Part shown: positions 45,376 through 55,350 of the stretch, piece after piece | Layout of the letters: the number at the start of each line of letters is the position of its first letter | Numbering within the stretch: the stretch's first letter is position 1 | Origin: Deltaproteobacteria bacterium | GTDB lineage: Bacteria > Myxococcota_A > UBA9160 > UBA4427 | DNA: 64,000 nucleotides | Direction of reading: 5' to 3' | Assembly (NCBI GenBank): GCA_019310385.1 | Contig: JAFDEK010000001.1 | Location: forward strand, 66,997-130,996 | Position numbers and translations under genes: made by a program | Notes under the pieces: generated by a model | The model's input: the letters and a program-made list of their open reading frames with translations, nothing else | Database searches by the model: none | Told to the model about the DNA's origin: nothing

Positions 45376-45767
45376 CGAACCTCGCCGAACCCCAGTCGCA
45401 CTCAAAAAGAGCCGAACTCCAGAAGGAATCACGCGTGGAGCCGCCCCCGACCCGCCCGCTCGAAGCGCCCGAAAAACGTCTCGTGATGCGGCGTCCCACA
45501 CGCGCGCTGCTGGAAATCGCTAACCCCCCGGAAATACTCGCGCAATATATCCGAGGCCCCATCGAGTCGCAAACCTCCATCGGCAGATTCGGCTGCATTG
45601 TCGAGGGTTTATCGGCTCGCCAGCACAGCGCGCCCGCCAGGCACAGTACAGCTCGCGGGGACCGACTCTAAGTATTTGCTTTTCCAGCTGTTTCTTCGAT
45701 ACAGGCGATTCAAGGTCGCGACCGAAGCGGACGATAACGCCATTTCGGACTGGAGTTGCGACCGTAC

Positions 45768-47462
45768 ATGTCAGAGTCCCCGGCTCAGCTCCGGCGTCAG
45801 CCGCTCACGAGCGTCTCGACGCAGATCATCCTTTTCGTCTTTCTTTCGACCTTTCTCACCGCCCTCATCGTGAGTTGGATCTCCATCCACTCGACCCACA
45901 CCTATCTGCGCAAGCAGATCGACCGGTCGTTCCCGGCTCTGCTCGAGCGATCCAGGGACGACCTGGAGCCCTGGCTCGGGGGACTGCAGTCCGACCTCGA
46001 GCGCCTTGCGAGCAGCCTCGAGCTGCGCCGCGACGATCTCGCGGCGGTGGAGTCACTGCTGCGAGACCAGGTGGAGGCGAAGGAGGCGCTCTGGGACCTC
46101 ACCCTGCTCGACGCTTCGGGACAGGTCCTCGTACGCGCCATTCCCGATGGAGCTCCGCCCGTCGCGGCTTGGGAGTCCCAGGCCGCTCCCGGCCCCCTGG
46201 CCTTCGTGCCGGACGCCTCGGGCACGGTGGCGCTCACGCTCTTCGCCCCTCTACCGGGAGCCCGGCTTCCGGAGACCCGGCAGGCGGGCGCCACACTGCT
46301 GGCCGCCCGGCTGCGCAGCGAGGCCCTGGCCGCACGTCTGGAACGACTCGGGCGGGGGGCGACGGGCGAGCTCCTGCTGATCGACGCCGAGGGCCGCTCG
46401 TTCTTCGCCGACGGCAGCAGCAGTGCCCAGATCGAAGAGCGGGACCAGCGTCGATCGTCGATCGCCCGTTTCGCCCAGGGTGGCCCCGACCTCGTCCACG
46501 AGTACACCAACACACGCGGGGAACACGTACTCGGAGCGCTGCTTCCCCTCGAGGCGACTCCGCTCTTCCTCGCGGTCGAGGCGCCATTCGAAGAGGCCTT
46601 CTCCCCGGTCCTGTCGGTCGTGACCCGGGTCCTGATCAGTGATCTCTGCATCATCCTGCTCTTCAGCGTAGTGGCGTTCAAGATCACCGAGCGAATGATC
46701 CGGCCCATTCAGGCCCTCTCCGAAGGAGCGCGGCGCATCTCCGAGGGTCAAACGGACCACGAGATCCCCGACCCCGGCAACAACGATGAGCTCGGCCTGC
46801 TCACCCGTGCCTTCAACGACATGATGCGCAAGCTGCGGCGCAGCCACCTCGAGATCGAGAAGGCGGCGGAACGCTTGCGCAGCCAGAACGAGGAGCTCCA
46901 CCAGGCCAACGAGGTACTGTCCCAGCTCTCCATCACCGACGGCCTCACCAAGCTCCATAATCATCGCTTCTTCCAGGACCATCTGACCCGGGAGATCAAT
47001 CGCATCGCGCGCAGCGGGAACGCGCTCTCCATGCTGATGGTGGACCTGGACGACTTCAAGCAGCTCAATGATCGCTACGGCCACGCGGCCGGCGACGAGA
47101 TCCTCGTGCGCGTCGCTTCGATCATGAGCGCGTCCGTGCGAGACAGCGACCTCCTCGCCCGCTACGGGGGCGAGGAGTTCGTGGTGCTGGCGACCAACAC
47201 CGCCGGCACTGGCGCGATCCTGCTCGCCGAGAAGATCCGCATGTCCGTGGACCAGAGCGTCCACATCATCGACGGCTCCGCGCGCCCCTTGCGCGGCGTC
47301 ACGGTCTCCATCGGGGTCGCCGAGTACCACGGAGATCGCAAGGAGTTCTTCCGCTCCGCAGATCGCGCGCTCTACCGCGCGAAGGCCCAGGGCAAGAACT
47401 GCGTGATCACCGCCGAGGAGTCCCTCGCCCCTCCGCCCGCGCCCTACGGCGACGCGATCTGA
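45768..47462 (+). CDS. Membrane sensor diguanylate cyclase (periplasmic sensor, HAMP, GGDEF)
   Basis: TM helix, ~270-aa extracytoplasmic region, second TM, HAMP (PIQALSEGARRISEGQ), and GGDEF domain with RYGGEEFVVLA and an RxxD-type I-site region. ATG 45768; a TTG at 45756 is an alternative start. Confidence 0.85.
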   Translation: MSESPAQLRRQPLTSVSTQIILFVFLSTFLTALIVSWISIHSTHTYLRKQIDRSFPALLERSRDDLEPWLGGLQSDLERLASSLELRRDDLAAVESLLRDQVEAKEALWDLTLLDASGQVLVRAIPDGAPPVAAWESQAAPGPLAFVPDASGTVALTLFAPLPGARLPETRQAGATLLAARLRSEALAARLERLGRGATGELLLIDAEGRSFFADGSSSAQIEERDQRRSSIARFAQGGPDLVHEYTNTRGEHVLGALLPLEATPLFLAVEAPFEEAFSPVLSVVTRVLISDLCIILLFSVVAFKITERMIRPIQALSEGARRISEGQTDHEIPDPGNNDELGLLTRAFNDMMRKLRRSHLEIEKAAERLRSQNEELHQANEVLSQLSITDGLTKLHNHRFFQDHLTREINRIARSGNALSMLMVDLDDFKQLNDRYGHAAGDEILVRVASIMSASVRDSDLLARYGGEEFVVLATNTAGTGAILLAEKIRMSVDQSVHIIDGSARPLRGVTVSIGVAEYHGDRKEFFRSADRALYRAKAQGKNCVITAEESLAPPPAPYGDAI

Positions 47463-47568
47463 CGACCCGCAAAGCGCATCCGCACCGACCCTGGCACCCA
47501 CTCAGCGATCCTCCAGCATCGTACGGATCGCTTGAGCGAAGCCGCCGTCGCTGTCATCCTCTCACCCC

Positions 47569-48192
47569 ATGGCCCACATCATCGGACTGAGCGGCGGGAT
47601 CGGCTCCGGCAAGAGCACCGTGCTGCGCATGCTCGCCGAGCTCGGCGCCACGGTGATCGATGCCGATGCCATCGTCCACGAGCTCCAGGCTCCGGGCGCG
47701 CCGCTTCTCACTCGCATCGCCGCGGCCTTCGGTGACGAGCTGATCCGCCCCGACGGGTCCCTCGACCGCGAAGGCCTCGGGGCCATCGTGTTCCGCGACG
47801 ACGAGGCCAGGCAACGTCTGAACGCCATGGTCCACCCGGCCGTGGGCGCGGAGATGGCGCGCCGCACCCAAGCCGCCGTCGAAGCCGGCACCGCCGTCAT
47901 CGTGCTGGACATTCCGCTGCTCTACGAAGGAGCCAAGCGCGGAGCTGGAGCCTCTGCGGCCTTCGACTTCGCCGCCACCGTTCTCGTCTGGGTCCCGCCG
48001 GAAGTGCAGGTCGAGCGCACCGTGGCGCGCGACGGCTGCGACCGGGGCGAGGCTCGCCGGCGCATGCAGGCGCAGCTCCCCATCGACGAGAAGCGCGACC
48101 TGGCCGATTACGTGATCGACAACTCCGGCACTCCGGCGGAGACCGAGGAACAGGTGCGAGCCCTCTATCGCCGGCTCACGGGAGGGTCGTGA
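47569..48192 (+). CDS. coaE: Dephospho-CoA kinase
   Basis: MAHIIGLSGGIGSGKSTV P-loop at the N-terminus. 207 aa. Confidence 0.9.
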   Translation: MAHIIGLSGGIGSGKSTVLRMLAELGATVIDADAIVHELQAPGAPLLTRIAAAFGDELIRPDGSLDREGLGAIVFRDDEARQRLNAMVHPAVGAEMARRTQAAVEAGTAVIVLDIPLLYEGAKRGAGASAAFDFAATVLVWVPPEVQVERTVARDGCDRGEARRRMQAQLPIDEKRDLADYVIDNSGTPAETEEQVRALYRRLTGGS

Positions 48193-48990
48193 TCACCGGC
48201 GCAGGGCGTTCTTCAGCTCGGCGACGAAGCGCGCCACCGCGTCGACGGCATCTTCGCGATTGGCCGCACCCTCGATGCGGTCGATGATCGCGCTGCCCAC
48301 CACGACGCCGTCGGCGTAGCGGCCCACCTCCCGGGCCTGCTCTGGCGTCGCGATCCCGAAGCCCACACAGACGGGAACACGCGCGAGCGACTGGGCGCTG
48401 CGCACCGCGTCCTCGATGCCGCCGGCGAGCTCGCTGCGCGCGCCCGTGACGCCGGTGAGAGACACGTAGTAGAGAAAGCCGCGAGTCTTCTCGACCAGCA
48501 GCTGCATGCGTTCGGGCGTGGTCGTCGGCGCCGCCAGGAGCACGCAGTCGACCCCCGCGGCGTTGCATTTGTCGTAGAGGGGAGCGCCCTCCTCGGGCGG
48601 GAGATCCGCGATGATGATCCCATCCACCCCCGCCTCGGCCGCCGACTTCGAGAAGGCGTCGTACCCCATGGTGTGCACCGGGTTCGCATAGCCCATCAGG
48701 ACCAACGGAACCTCGACCTTCGAACGCAGGCCGCGAACCATCTCGAGGATGGCGCGCAGGTTTACGCCGCCCGCGAGGGCGCGCTCGCTCGCTCGCTGGA
48801 TGGTGGGGCCCTCGGCGATGGGATCCGAGAAGGGCATGCCGATCTCGATCACGTCGGCGCCGCTCTCCGCCATGGAGAGGACCAGGGCCTCGCTGCTCTC
48901 GAGGTCCGGATCCCCGGCCGTGACGAAGCACACCAGCGCGGCCTCGCCCCTCTCCCGAAGAGCCGCGAAGCGATCGCCGAGGCGTCCCAT
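48193..48990 (-). CDS. trpA: Tryptophan synthase alpha chain
   Basis: ALVCFVTAGDPDLE, DVIEIGMPFSDPIAEGPTIQ, YYVSLTGVTG and VGFGI. The ATG at 48990 overlaps the trpB stop by 1 nt. The remainder of the listed 773-aa ORF is an alternative frame over trpB/trpF. Confidence 0.95.
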   Translation of the reverse strand: MGRLGDRFAALRERGEAALVCFVTAGDPDLESSEALVLSMAESGADVIEIGMPFSDPIAEGPTIQRASERALAGGVNLRAILEMVRGLRSKVEVPLVLMGYANPVHTMGYDAFSKSAAEAGVDGIIIADLPPEEGAPLYDKCNAAGVDCVLLAAPTTTPERMQLLVEKTRGFLYYVSLTGVTGARSELAGGIEDAVRSAQSLARVPVCVGFGIATPEQAREVGRYADGVVVGSAIIDRIEGAANREDAVDAVARFVAELKNALRR

Positions 48991-50279
48991 CAGTGGCGCT
49001 CCGCCGAGCCGGAGGCGAGAGCCACGGAGCGCGAAGCGGTCCCCGCCGAGCCGGAGGCGAGAGCCACGGAGCGCGAAGCGGTCCCCGCCTCGCGCGCGGC
49101 CAGCAGCTCGCGCACCTCGCTCACGTCCTTGTCGCCCCGGCCCGAGAGATTCACCACGATCACCGCGTCCTTGGGGAGGGTCGGGGCCAGCTTCCGCACA
49201 TGGGCAATGGCGTGGGCGGACTCGAGGGCGGGGATGATGCCCTCGAGGCGTGAGAGGTACACGAAGGCGTCGAGGGCCTCCGCGTCGTCCGCCACCACGT
49301 AGCGCGCGCGGCCGCTCTCCTTGAGATGGGCGTGCTCGGGGCCGACCCCTGGATAGTCGAGCCCCGCGGAGATCGAGTGGGCGGGAAAGATCTGACCGTC
49401 GTCGTCGGAGAGTACGTAGGTTCGCTTGCCGTGGAAGATCCCCGGAACGCCCGCCGCAAGGGTCGCACCGTGACGACCACTCGAGATGCCCTCGCCCCCG
49501 GGCTCGACGCCCACCAGCTCGACCCCGTCGTCCTCGACAAAGGGATGGAAGAGCCCCATGGCGTTGGAGCCGCCGCCCACGCAGGCGACCAGCTGGTCGG
49601 GAAGGCGCCCCTCGACTGCGAGGATCTGTTCGCGAGCCTCGAGGCCAATCACCCTCTGGAAGTTGCGCACCAGCGTGGGGTAGGGGTGCGGACCCATGAC
49701 GGAGCCGACACAGTAATAGGTGTCGTGGATATTCGTCACCCAGTCGCGCATGGCCTCGTTGATGGCGTCCTTGAGGGTGCGCGAGCCCGACTCGACCGTG
49801 TGCACCTGCGCGCCCAGCAGCTCCATGCGGAATACGTTGAGGGCTTGCCGACGCACGTCCTCGGCGCCCATGTAGACCTCGCAGTCGAGACCCAGCAACG
49901 CGCACGCCGTCGCGGTGGCGGTGCCGTGCTGCCCGGCGCCGGTCTCGGCGATGATCCGCGGCTTGCCCATGTACTTTGCGAGCAGTGCCTGTCCCAGGAC
50001 GTTGTTGATCTTGTGTGCGCCGGTGTGAGCGAGGTCCTCGCGCTTCAGGTAGACCTTCGCCCCGCCGAGATCTTCGCTCATGCGCGCGGCCAGGGTCAGC
50101 GGCGTGGGGCGACCCGCATAGGTGGCGAGGAGATGGTCGAGCTCGCGCTGGAAGGACTTGCTGCCGGCAATGCGGGAATAGGCCTCGACGAGCTCGTCCA
50201 GGGCCGCCACCAGCACCTCGGGTACGTAGCGCCCGCCGAACTCCCCGAAGAGCCCGCGCTCGTCGGCCTCGCTCTTCAT
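48990..50279 (-). CDS. trpB: Tryptophan synthase beta chain with duplicated C-terminal extension
   Basis: [35 protein letters not shown] and GGGSNAMG. C-terminal [14 protein letters not shown] occurs twice. Confidence 0.95.
   Translation of the reverse strand: MKSEADERGLFGEFGGRYVPEVLVAALDELVEAYSRIAGSKSFQRELDHLLATYAGRPTPLTLAARMSEDLGGAKVYLKREDLAHTGAHKINNVLGQALLAKYMGKPRIIAETGAGQHGTATATACALLGLDCEVYMGAEDVRRQALNVFRMELLGAQVHTVESGSRTLKDAINEAMRDWVTNIHDTYYCVGSVMGPHPYPTLVRNFQRVIGLEAREQILAVEGRLPDQLVACVGGGSNAMGLFHPFVEDDGVELVGVEPGGEGISSGRHGATLAAGVPGIFHGKRTYVLSDDDGQIFPAHSISAGLDYPGVGPEHAHLKESGRARYVVADDAEALDAFVYLSRLEGIIPALESAHAIAHVRKLAPTLPKDAVIVVNLSGRGDKDVSEVRELLAAREAGTASRSVALASGSAGTASRSVALASGSAERH
49006..49089. 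repeat. Perfect 2 x 42-nt tandem duplication at the 3' end of trpB
   Basis: GAGCCGGAGGCGAGAGCCACGGAGCGCGAAGCGGTCCCCGCC at 49006-49047 and 49048-49089, identical. Confidence 0.95.
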
Positions 50280-50998
50280 TCGTCTCTTTCCTCGCTCCCG
50301 CCGCCGGCGCCATCCTCGCTCCCGCCGCCGGCGCCATCCTCGCTCCCGCCGCCGGCGCCATCCTCACCCTCGGCGTCCTCGGCGCGGCGTACCGCTTCGA
50401 CGAAGGCCTCCATTCGGGCGGGGTCCTTGCGGTGCGCCTCGCCCTCGACTCCCGTCGCAACGTCCACGCCCCAGGGCAGGAGGTCTCCCACGTCGGCCAG
50501 CGCCCGTCCGACATTCGCCGGATCGAGGCCGCCGGCGAGAATGACGTCGTGGCCGAGAGAGATGAGCTCGGAAGCCTCGCTCCAGTCCCAGACCCGACCG
50601 CGCCCGCCGCCCTCGCTGGGATGGTCCAGCAACAGCAAGGTGCCGGGGTAGGTTTCGGCGGCCTCGACGTCGGCGCCGCGGATGGCCTTGATCACCGGCA
50701 GGTCCACCGCCTCGACCTCCTCCTCGGTCTCGTCGCCGTGAAACTGCACCCGCTCGAACTCCACCCTGCGCAGTACGTGCTCCATCTCGTCCCAGCTCGC
50801 GTTCTGGAAGACTGCGACGCGCTCGACGCCGCTGCCCGCGAGCAGCTCGCTCAGCTGCTCCGCCGCGCGAATCTCGAGACAACGGGGAGATCCCGGCACG
50901 AAATTGAGGCCAACCAGATCGGCTCCCGCGTCCACCGCGGCAAGCGCATCATCGGGATGCATGACCCCACAGACCTTGATCCGAACGCTGCCGCTCAC
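50276..50998 (-). CDS. trpF: Phosphoribosylanthranilate isomerase with repeat tail
   Basis: [46 protein letters not shown] and [12 protein letters not shown] start at 50998. Tail (EDGAGGGS)x3. Confidence 0.9.
   Translation of the reverse strand: MSGSVRIKVCGVMHPDDALAAVDAGADLVGLNFVPGSPRCLEIRAAEQLSELLAGSGVERVAVFQNASWDEMEHVLRRVEFERVQFHGDETEEEVEAVDLPVIKAIRGADVEAAETYPGTLLLLDHPSEGGGRGRVWDWSEASELISLGHDVILAGGLDPANVGRALADVGDLLPWGVDVATGVEGEAHRKDPARMEAFVEAVRRAEDAEGEDGAGGGSEDGAGGGSEDGAGGGSEERDE
50291..50362. repeat. Perfect 3 x 24-nt tandem repeat at the 3' end of trpF
   Basis: CTCGCTCCCGCCGCCGGCGCCATC at 50291-50314, 50315-50338 and 50339-50362, identical. Confidence 0.95.
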
Positions 50999-51175
50999 TG
51001 GGAAATCTCCCTCGCTGTGGACGCCCCGGCGACTCCGCTCTGCGCGAAGGCCGCTTTCGGCGTCCTCACTCTGGTACCGAGCTCCGTCTCGATCCCCGTC
51101 TCGATCGCGACTTCGTCCGGCCGGGTTCCCAAGGAGCGGCGCATCTGCCTTTCCCCTGATCCCAGGCCCGACAGC

Positions 51176-51988
51176 TTAGCAGGATGCAGAGTCGCCAAGC
51201 CTGAGTTCCCTGAGTGCGGCGCCCACGTCGCGCTGCCGCATCAGCGACTCCCCCACCAGAAAAGCCCTCGCGCCGGCGGCCTCGAGACGCCTCAGGTCCG
51301 CCAGGCAGCCGATGCCGCTCTCGGCAACCAGCAGGATCTCCGACCCGCCGTCGCCGGACCCGACCCGCGCGGCGAGCTTCTCGGTGACCGCCAGATCCGT
51401 GCGAAAAGTGTGCAGGTCGCGGTTGTTGACGCCAACCAGATCGGCGGCCACGGCGAGCGCCCGCTTCAGCTCGCCCTCGTCGTGCACCTCGACCAGGACG
51501 TCGAGGCCCAGCGCCCGAGCCCGATCGCCCAGCGCCCTCAGGGCCTCGTCCTCGAGGGCCGCCACGATGAGGAGCACCGCGTCGGCACCCGCCACCCGAG
51601 CCTCGTCGACCTGATAGCCGTCGATGACGAAGTCCTTGCGCAGGATCGGGAGCGACACCGCCCCGCGGATCGCCCGGAGGTAGTCGAGGTGGCCTCCGAA
51701 GTAGTGCTCGTCGGTGAGCACCGAAAGAGCGGCCGCCCCGCCCTCCGCGTAGGCCCGGGCGCAGGCCACCGGGTCGAAATCGCGGCGGATCTCCCCCTTG
51801 CTGGGCGAGCGCCGCTTCACCTCTGCGATGATCGCCGGCGACTCGGCCGCCGCGAGAGCCGCCCGGAAGCCCCGACAGGGCTCCGCCACCTCGCGCGCCC
51901 GAGCGGCCATTTCGCTGGCGGGGAGCCCCGACTTCAGGGCCGCAAGCTCCTCCCGCTTGCGATCGAGGATCTCGTCGAGAATGGTCAC
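51176..51988 (-). CDS. trpC: Indole-3-glycerol-phosphate synthase
   Basis: ILDEILDRKREE, IIAEVKRRSPSKG, LSVLTDEHYFGG, LPILRKDFVIDGYQV and VGVNNRDL. GTG start at 51988, 5 nt after the trpD stop. Confidence 0.9.
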   Translation of the reverse strand: MTILDEILDRKREELAALKSGLPASEMAARAREVAEPCRGFRAALAAAESPAIIAEVKRRSPSKGEIRRDFDPVACARAYAEGGAAALSVLTDEHYFGGHLDYLRAIRGAVSLPILRKDFVIDGYQVDEARVAGADAVLLIVAALEDEALRALGDRARALGLDVLVEVHDEGELKRALAVAADLVGVNNRDLHTFRTDLAVTEKLAARVGSGDGGSEILLVAESGIGCLADLRRLEAAGARAFLVGESLMRQRDVGAALRELRLGDSASC

Positions 51989-51993
51989 GGGGC

Positions 51994-53013
51994 TCAAGCC
52001 GCCTCCCGGCTCGCACGCACCAGGGCTTCCAGACTTGCGGCCGCGGCGCCGCCATCGATGCTGCGGCGGGCCAGCTCGAGGCCCTCGGCCAGGTCCGCCG
52101 CGGCCCCCGCGGCCCACAGCGCGCCTGCGGCATTGAGGAGCACGATATCCCGACGCGGCCCGCTCTCGCCGGCAAGGATCGCTCGCGTGATCTCGGCGTT
52201 CTGCGCGGGGTCGCCGCCGCTCAGCTCCTCGAGCCGGGCGAGCGGAATCCCGAGGCGGGCCGGCTCGATCTCGAAACTGCGCAGGGCACCCTCGTCGAAG
52301 AGCGCTCCGAAGCTGCTTCCCGTGGTCGTGATCTCGTCCATTCCGTCGTTGCCGTGAACCACCAGAGCCCGCCTCGCCCCGAGCGCGCCCAGGGAAGAGG
52401 CCAGGGGCTCCACCAGCTCCCGGGCATAGACACCGACCAGCTGGTGCCGCGCACCGGCGGGATTGAGGAGCGGCCCCAGGCAGTTCATCAGGGTGCGAAT
52501 TCCCAGCTGCTGGCGCACGGGTGCGATGAAGCGGAAGGCCGGGTGGGCGACGCGAGCATAGAAGGCGCCGATCCCGACCTCGGCAAGGATGCGACCGCAG
52601 GTCTCGATGGGGAGATCGATGTCGACGCCCAGGGCCTCGAATACGTCGAAGCTGCCGCTGCGTCCGCTTGCGGCGCGATTGCCGTGCTTCGCCACCGGCA
52701 CACCCGCACCGGCCACCACGAAAGCAGCCGTGGTCGAGATATTGAAGGTGTCGAGCCCACTGCCCCCGGTGCCGCAGGTATCCACCGTGCGCGGGTCGAC
52801 GACACTGCAGGTGGTGGCCCGGGCGCGCAGGGCCCGCGCGGTCGCGACGATCTCGCCGACGCTCTCGCCCTTGGTCCGCAGCGCGACCAGGAGAGCCGCG
52901 ATCTGCACCGGCTCGGCTTCGCCGTCCATGATCTCGCCGAAGGCCGCTTCGAGGACGGGCTGGGGAACCTCCTGCCCGTCGGTCGCGATCTCTATGGCGG
53001 CGCGAAGCGTCAT
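51994..53013 (-). CDS. trpD: Anthranilate phosphoribosyltransferase
   Basis: [54 protein letters not shown]. The ATG at 53013 overlaps the trpG stop (ATGA). Confidence 0.9.
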   Translation of the reverse strand: MTLRAAIEIATDGQEVPQPVLEAAFGEIMDGEAEPVQIAALLVALRTKGESVGEIVATARALRARATTCSVVDPRTVDTCGTGGSGLDTFNISTTAAFVVAGAGVPVAKHGNRAASGRSGSFDVFEALGVDIDLPIETCGRILAEVGIGAFYARVAHPAFRFIAPVRQQLGIRTLMNCLGPLLNPAGARHQLVGVYARELVEPLASSLGALGARRALVVHGNDGMDEITTTGSSFGALFDEGALRSFEIEPARLGIPLARLEELSGGDPAQNAEITRAILAGESGPRRDIVLLNAAGALWAAGAAADLAEGLELARRSIDGGAAAASLEALVRASREAA

Positions 53014-53600
53014 GCCGCGCCGCGCTCGCGGCACTGGTCGAGGAAATTGCCGAGCAGGCGCTTGCCGACCTTCGTCAGGATGGACTCGGGATGGAACTGC
53101 ACCCCCTCGATGGGAAGCTCGCGATGACGCAGGCCCATGATCTCGCCGTCGCTGCTGCGTGCACTGACCTCGAGGCACTCGGGCCGGCTCGCCTCCTCGA
53201 CCACCAGGGAGTGGTAGCGAGTCGCTTCGAAGGGGACCGGCAGGCCCTTGAAGACACCCTTGCCGTCGTGCTCGATGAGCGAGGTCTTGCCGTGCATGAT
53301 GGAGCGAGCGCGCACCGTCACACCGCCGAAGGCCTCGCCGATGGACTGATGACCAAGGCATACCCCGAAGACCGGGATGTCGCTCTCGGCAAAGGCCTTC
53401 ACGGCCTGCACCGACACTCCGGCCTGTCCGGGCACACCCGGCCCCGGCGAGATGACCAGGCCTCGGGGCCGCCTCTCGAGCATGCTCTCGAGGGGCTCGG
53501 CGTCATTGCGCACGACCTGAGTCTCCGCCCCCAGCTCGCCCAGGTACTGCACGAGGTTGTAGGTGAAGGAGTCGTAGTTGTCGATCATCAAGAGCTGCAT
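53010..53600 (-). CDS. trpG: Anthranilate synthase component II (glutamine amidotransferase)
   Basis: [30 protein letters not shown] and GVQFHPES. Start at ATG 53600. Confidence 0.9.
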   Translation of the reverse strand: MQLLMIDNYDSFTYNLVQYLGELGAETQVVRNDAEPLESMLERRPRGLVISPGPGVPGQAGVSVQAVKAFAESDIPVFGVCLGHQSIGEAFGGVTVRARSIMHGKTSLIEHDGKGVFKGLPVPFEATRYHSLVVEEASRPECLEVSARSSDGEIMGLRHRELPIEGVQFHPESILTKVGKRLLGNFLDQCRERGAA

Positions 53601-53664
53601 GATGCTTCGCCGTGTCGTGTGAGCCGGCGCGCCTCGCGCCGCCCCGCACGTCCCCGTCGCCTCC

Positions 53665-55152
53665 TCAGTCGTGACCTTCCCGCGCAAGGTCGATGGCCGC
53701 GATCAGGGCCTGGGCTTTGTTGACCGTCTCCTTGAACTCGAGCTCGGGCAGCGAGTCCGCCACCACTCCGGCGCCCGACTGCAGGACGATGCGTCCGTCC
53801 TTTACGACCAGGGTGCGGATGGTGATCGCCATGTCCATGTTTCCCGAGTAGTCGATGTAGCCGATGCAGCCGCCATAGGGGCCCCGGCCGACGTTCTCGA
53901 GCTCGTCGATGATCTCCATGGCGCGCACCTTGGGCGCACCGGAGAGGGTCCCGGCCGGAAAGGTCGCGCGCAGGACGTCGAGCCAGTCGAGGCCCGGCCG
54001 CAGTCGGCCCTGGACATTGGATACGATGTGCATCACGTGGGAGTAGCGCTCGATGAGCGCGTACTCGTCGACCTGCACCGAGCCGATCTCGCACACCCGA
54101 CCCGCATCGTTGCGTCCCAGGTCGACGAGCATCACGTGCTCCGAGCGCTCCTTGGGATCCGCCAGGAGCTCTTCCTCCATGGCGATGTCTTCTTCCGGGC
54201 TGCGGCCTCGCCGGCGGGTCCCCGCGATGGGGCGAACGTCCACCTGCCCGTCTTCGAGGCGCACGAGGATCTCGGGTGAGGAACCCACCAGGACCGCCCC
54301 CTCCATGCGCACGAAGTAGAGGTAGGGGCTCGGGTTGATGCAGCGCAGATGCCGGTAGATCTCGAAGGCCTCGACCTGCAGGGGCATCTCGAACTGCTGC
54401 GAGAGCACCACCTGGAAGACGTCGCCCGCCTCGATGTACTCCTTGGCGCGCTTCACGATTTCGTAGAAGGACTCGCGCGTCACGCTGCGCTGCACGTCCA
54501 TGGGCACCTCGACCGCCGGGCGCTCGGCGTCCAGCACCGCCGGGGCGCGCAGCTGCCGGATGGTCCCCGCGATGTCCTTGCCCGCCTCGGCGTAGCGCGC
54601 GGCCGGGTCGTCGCCCTCCCGCAGGTGCACGTGGCGCACGATCAACGCCGTGTGACGCACGTTGTCGTAGACCACCACCGTCTCGGGGAACACGAACCAG
54701 AGATCGGGCAGATCGAGCTTCGAAGGGTTCGGCTCGGGCAGGCGCTCGACGAAGCGCACCCAGTCGTAGCCCACCATGCCCACGGCGCCGCCGATGAAGC
54801 GCGGCAGCTCGAGCCCCTCCGGAGTCACCTGCTCGAGACCCGCGAGCTTGTCGCGCAAGAACTCGAGGGGGTCGCCCTCCACCCGCAACGCTTCGCTGTG
54901 ATCGCCCTCGCTCCACTCGATGTCCCGGCCGCGGGCTCGGAACATCGCCCGAGCCCCGGTGCCGATGAAGCTGTAGCGGGCCCACTTCTCTCCGCCCTGC
55001 ACCGACTCGAGGAGAAAGCTCGTGCGGCCGTCGTCGAGACGCCGGAAGAGGGAGAGGGGGGTGTCGAGATCGGCGAGGATCTCGCGTACGACGGGGATCA
55101 GGTTGCCGCGCCGGGCCAGGCTCTCGAATTCTTCCAGGGAGGGGCGGAGCAA
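53665..55152 (-). CDS. trpE: Anthranilate synthase component I
   Basis: [53 protein letters not shown] and RGPYGG. TTG start at 55152. Confidence 0.93.
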   Translation of the reverse strand: MLRPSLEEFESLARRGNLIPVVREILADLDTPLSLFRRLDDGRTSFLLESVQGGEKWARYSFIGTGARAMFRARGRDIEWSEGDHSEALRVEGDPLEFLRDKLAGLEQVTPEGLELPRFIGGAVGMVGYDWVRFVERLPEPNPSKLDLPDLWFVFPETVVVYDNVRHTALIVRHVHLREGDDPAARYAEAGKDIAGTIRQLRAPAVLDAERPAVEVPMDVQRSVTRESFYEIVKRAKEYIEAGDVFQVVLSQQFEMPLQVEAFEIYRHLRCINPSPYLYFVRMEGAVLVGSSPEILVRLEDGQVDVRPIAGTRRRGRSPEEDIAMEEELLADPKERSEHVMLVDLGRNDAGRVCEIGSVQVDEYALIERYSHVMHIVSNVQGRLRPGLDWLDVLRATFPAGTLSGAPKVRAMEIIDELENVGRGPYGGCIGYIDYSGNMDMAITIRTLVVKDGRIVLQSGAGVVADSLPELEFKETVNKAQALIAAIDLAREGHD

Positions 55153-55196
55153 GACCGATTCGCAATGGACTCGTAGGGCCTGCGTGCCGCCGGGCC

Positions 55197-55263
55197 CGAA
55201 AGACGAAAAAAGTGAACAAAATCGAGTCGCCAGTTAAGCACAGCTGCCCGGTGGGCGAAACTC
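55197..55263 (-). terminator. Hairpin plus U-rich tract between lptD and trpE
   Basis: Minus strand: GAGU(UU)CGCC, a 22-nt loop, GGCGACUC (8 bp with a 2-nt bulge), then GAUUUUGUUCACUUUUUUCGUCUUUC. Such a T-rich run is conspicuous in this GC-rich sequence. It could terminate lptD and/or act as a trp attenuator. Confidence 0.4.
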
Positions 55264-55350
55264 GGCCACGCCCCACTCGCCCCTGCCCCAATCGCTTTTG
55301 CCCCACTCGCCTTTGCGCCGTCGCCGCGTGGGCCCTTCAGCGCACCACAT
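55234..55350 (-). other. Trp-rich 38-codon ORF upstream of trpE (speculative leader peptide)
   Basis: Manual translation: MWCAEGPTRRRRKGEWGKSDWGRGEWGVAEFRPPGSCA*, with 4 Trp codons. The ATG overlaps the last codons of lptD. GGAG lies directly adjacent to the ATG, which is poor spacing for a ribosome-binding site. Three of the four Trp codons arise from a repeated GAGTGGGGC / GATTGGGGC unit. Confidence 0.2.

Noticed and set aside
45376-45767. Phe-rich leader peptide or attenuator upstream of pheA in the 390-nt divergent intergenic region.
   Set aside because: No short ORF with clustered Phe codons was found on the pheA strand. The region is best treated as divergent promoters for pheA and the GGDEF gene.
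48190-48195. Convergent coaE and trpA stop codons abut as the palindrome TGATCA, with zero intergenic nucleotides.
   Set aside because: This is real but trivial. It only indicates that any terminators must lie within the opposing coding sequences.
49006-50362. Tandem repeats as a possible CRISPR array.
   Set aside because: The units are directly adjacent with no spacers, lie inside conserved genes in frame, and no cas genes are present.
48991-50514. Upstream 500+ codons of the listed 773-aa ORF 48193..50514.
   Set aside because: Only the last 265 codons (TrpA) look coding. The rest is an alternative frame across trpB and trpF.
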